A stretch of 64,000 nucleotides of DNA. Origin: Myxococcales bacterium (lineage in GTDB: Bacteria > Myxococcota > Myxococcia > Myxococcales > Anaeromyxobacteraceae). Shown piece after piece: positions 62,468 to 64,000 of this stretch (its first letter is position 1; every line of letters starts with the position of its first letter). Location: positions 73,764 through 137,763 of the forward strand of contig JAJZQX010000012.1 in the NCBI GenBank assembly GCA_021806645.1, given 5' to 3'. The notes under the pieces were generated by a model. The model was not told the DNA's origin and searched no databases. It saw nothing but the letters and a program-made list of their open reading frames with translations. The translations under genes and the position numbers were made by a program.

Positions 62468-63445
62468 ATGGAACTCGGCAGTCAGCCGCAGATCGTGGTG
62501 GTCATACCTTGCCTCGACGAGGCCTTGACCATCGGAACGGTGGTCGCCGACTTCCGGCGCTCGCTTCCTGGAGCCATGGTGGTGGTGGTGGACAACGCCT
62601 CCACAGACGACACCGCTGCGGTGGCTGCGGCCGCGGGGGCGACCGTGCTCAAGGAACGGCGTCGCGGCAAGGGGAACGCGGTTCGCAAGGCCTTCAACTC
62701 GATCGAGGCCGATGTCTACCTGCTCGTCGATGGGGACGGTACCTACCCCGCCTCCGAGGCGCCGCGCCTCGTGGCACCGGTGATTGCCGGGGATGCCGAT
62801 GTCGTCATCGGAGGGCGCCTTGACCAAGCATCCCGCAGCGAATTCCGAAAGGCCAACAGGCTCGGGAACCATTTCTTCCTCGCCGTGGTCAACCTGATCT
62901 TCGGTGCCCAGGTGAGTGACCTGCTCACCGGCTACCGGGTCATGTCGCGGGAGTTCGTGAAGCGGACCCCCATCCTCGCGGCCGGTTTTGAACTGGAGAC
63001 CGAGTTGACCATTCTCGCGTTGGAGCGCGGCTTCTTGACCATCGAGGTGCCGGTGCAGTTGGCGACGAGGCCTGAAGGCAGCCACTCCAAGATCCGCGTG
63101 ATCGGCGATGGGTGGCGAATCCTCTCGGCCATCGTGACGCTGCTGCGCGACTATCGGCCCTTCACCTTCTTCGGAGGCCTCGGTTTGGGCGCGTGCCTCA
63201 TCGGTTTGGTCCCTGGCCTCTTCGTGACCTGGGAGTTCATCCACACCGGGGCCGTCCGCATACCCACCGCGGTCCTGGCCACCGGACTGGAACTGGCCGG
63301 ACTCACGTTCATCCTGGTGGGGGTGGTCCTGACGACCTTGGCCCGGCGCTTCCGCGAGTTGGACCATCAGCTGGCGGTAGTGCAGAGGAGCCTGGAGCGC
63401 TTGTCCGCGGCGACGGGCCCGGCGGATCGCCGCGCGCCCCGGTAG
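62468..63445 (+). CDS. GT2-family glycosyltransferase with two C-terminal TM helices (GtrB/Dpm1-like polyprenol-phosphate sugar synthase)
   Basis: ATG at 62468 preceded by GGGAGCG. IVVVIPCLDE, VVVDNASTDDT, LVDGDGTY, DLLTGYRVMS. C-terminal helices FFGGLGLGACLIGLV and LELAGLTFILVGVVL. Confidence 0.85.
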   Translation: MELGSQPQIVVVIPCLDEALTIGTVVADFRRSLPGAMVVVVDNASTDDTAAVAAAAGATVLKERRRGKGNAVRKAFNSIEADVYLLVDGDGTYPASEAPRLVAPVIAGDADVVIGGRLDQASRSEFRKANRLGNHFFLAVVNLIFGAQVSDLLTGYRVMSREFVKRTPILAAGFELETELTILALERGFLTIEVPVQLATRPEGSHSKIRVIGDGWRILSAIVTLLRDYRPFTFFGGLGLGACLIGLVPGLFVTWEFIHTGAVRIPTAVLATGLELAGLTFILVGVVLTTLARRFRELDHQLAVVQRSLERLSAATGPADRRAPR

Positions 63446-63466
63446 CGATCGCGCCGTCGCGGCACC

Positions 63467-64000
63467 TCAGGGCGCCGGCGCGGGCGGTGCCAGCAGCGTG
63501 ATCGGCAGGAGCAACGTGGCCAGCACGCACCACCAGAGGTAGCGGAAGTCGGCGGAGGGGGCCGCGAAGAAGTAAGGGCCTGCGTAGGCGAAGCTGCTGG
63601 CGAGTACCGCCAGGGCCGGCCACCAGGGTCGCCGGAGCGCCAACCCGAGCGGGAGCATGGCGAGGCTGGCCAGCAGGTAGATCCAGCCGCGGAAGAAGAG
63701 ACTCTGGCCGAGCGCGTCCAGCAATCGCTGCACGGCGATATTCAAGGGACTCCGCTCCAGGGCCACGCCGAGGTCGTTGGGATCGATGCCGGTGTGGAAA
63801 GGGTACCGTACGTACGGCGGGTTCCAGGCCAACACGAACGCCATCATGGCCCACCGCTTCTCCAGGTAAGCGCCCGGGTGCTCAGCGATGGCCCGGAGCC
63901 AGGCCGCCCGCAGTGTCGCCAGCCTGGCCGGATCGCTGGTGAGCTGCAGGTTCATTGGGTCGTAGAAGATGCCGCCCAGGTCGAGCGGGTGGTACAGGGC
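63467..64000 (-). CDS. Integral membrane protein, C-terminal part only (possibly a GT-C-type glycosyltransferase). The 5' end lies beyond the right edge of the window.
   Basis: The reading frame is open to the window edge (ALYHPLDLGGIFYDPMNLQLTS...). C-terminal TM helices are present. It is convergent with the GT2 gene. Confidence 0.55.
   Translation of the reverse strand, partial: ALYHPLDLGGIFYDPMNLQLTSDPARLATLRAAWLRAIAEHPGAYLEKRWAMMAFVLAWNPPYVRYPFHTGIDPNDLGVALERSPLNIAVQRLLDALGQSLFFRGWIYLLASLAMLPLGLALRRPWWPALAVLASSFAYAGPYFFAAPSADFRYLWWCVLATLLLPITLLAPPAPAP

Overview
This is a high-GC (roughly 70%) bacterial chromosomal segment. The GC content, an AgmX/PglI-type C-terminal domain and the very high density of c-type cytochromes suggest a Myxococcota or Anaeromyxobacter-like deltaproteobacterium; that assignment is an inference, not a database hit.

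The window is dominated by extracellular electron transfer (EET) genes:
- A split CbcL-like inner-membrane module (9-haem cytochrome c plus FdnI-like cytochrome b), followed by an M56 peptidase and a two-component system whose kinase has a periplasmic CXXCH motif.
- A plus-strand operon at about 9.8-22.7 kb. It encodes an NHL/TSP3/PKD protein, a pentahaem cytochrome whose N-terminus resembles OmcS, a roughly 2170-aa cytochrome with 18 CXXCH motifs plus one CX3CH and one CX4CH, and its own ResB/CcsA haem-attachment pair.
- An 18-kb co-directional minus-strand supercluster at 53.7 to 35.8 kb. In order it encodes a 17-haem c7-polymer, a SurA-like PPIase, an NHL propeller, a tetrahaem OmcE/OmcS-like protein, an HTH protein, an OmpA/AgmX-like coiled-coil protein, a large beta-barrel, a second NHL propeller, a 12-haem cytochrome, and finally GT4, GT2, DUF2304 and a GT-C/TPR membrane protein.
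- A divergent NtrB/NtrC-type pair with sigma54-type promoters.

Interspersed with these are toxin-antitoxin and Abi cassettes (MntA/HepT twice, Phd/VapC, AbiEi/AbiEii, HicBA, and several decayed copies). There are also two B12-binding radical SAM genes, one paired with a LuxE-like adenylating enzyme and one coupled to a tetrahaem lipoprotein cytochrome. The window further holds an orphan ribosomal protein L3 paralog, purU, and a second glycosyltransferase/methyltransferase cluster at the right edge.

I saw no rRNA, tRNA or CRISPR array. All functional calls come from motif and domain recognition by eye on the supplied translations. Start codons are best guesses, and no database search was possible.
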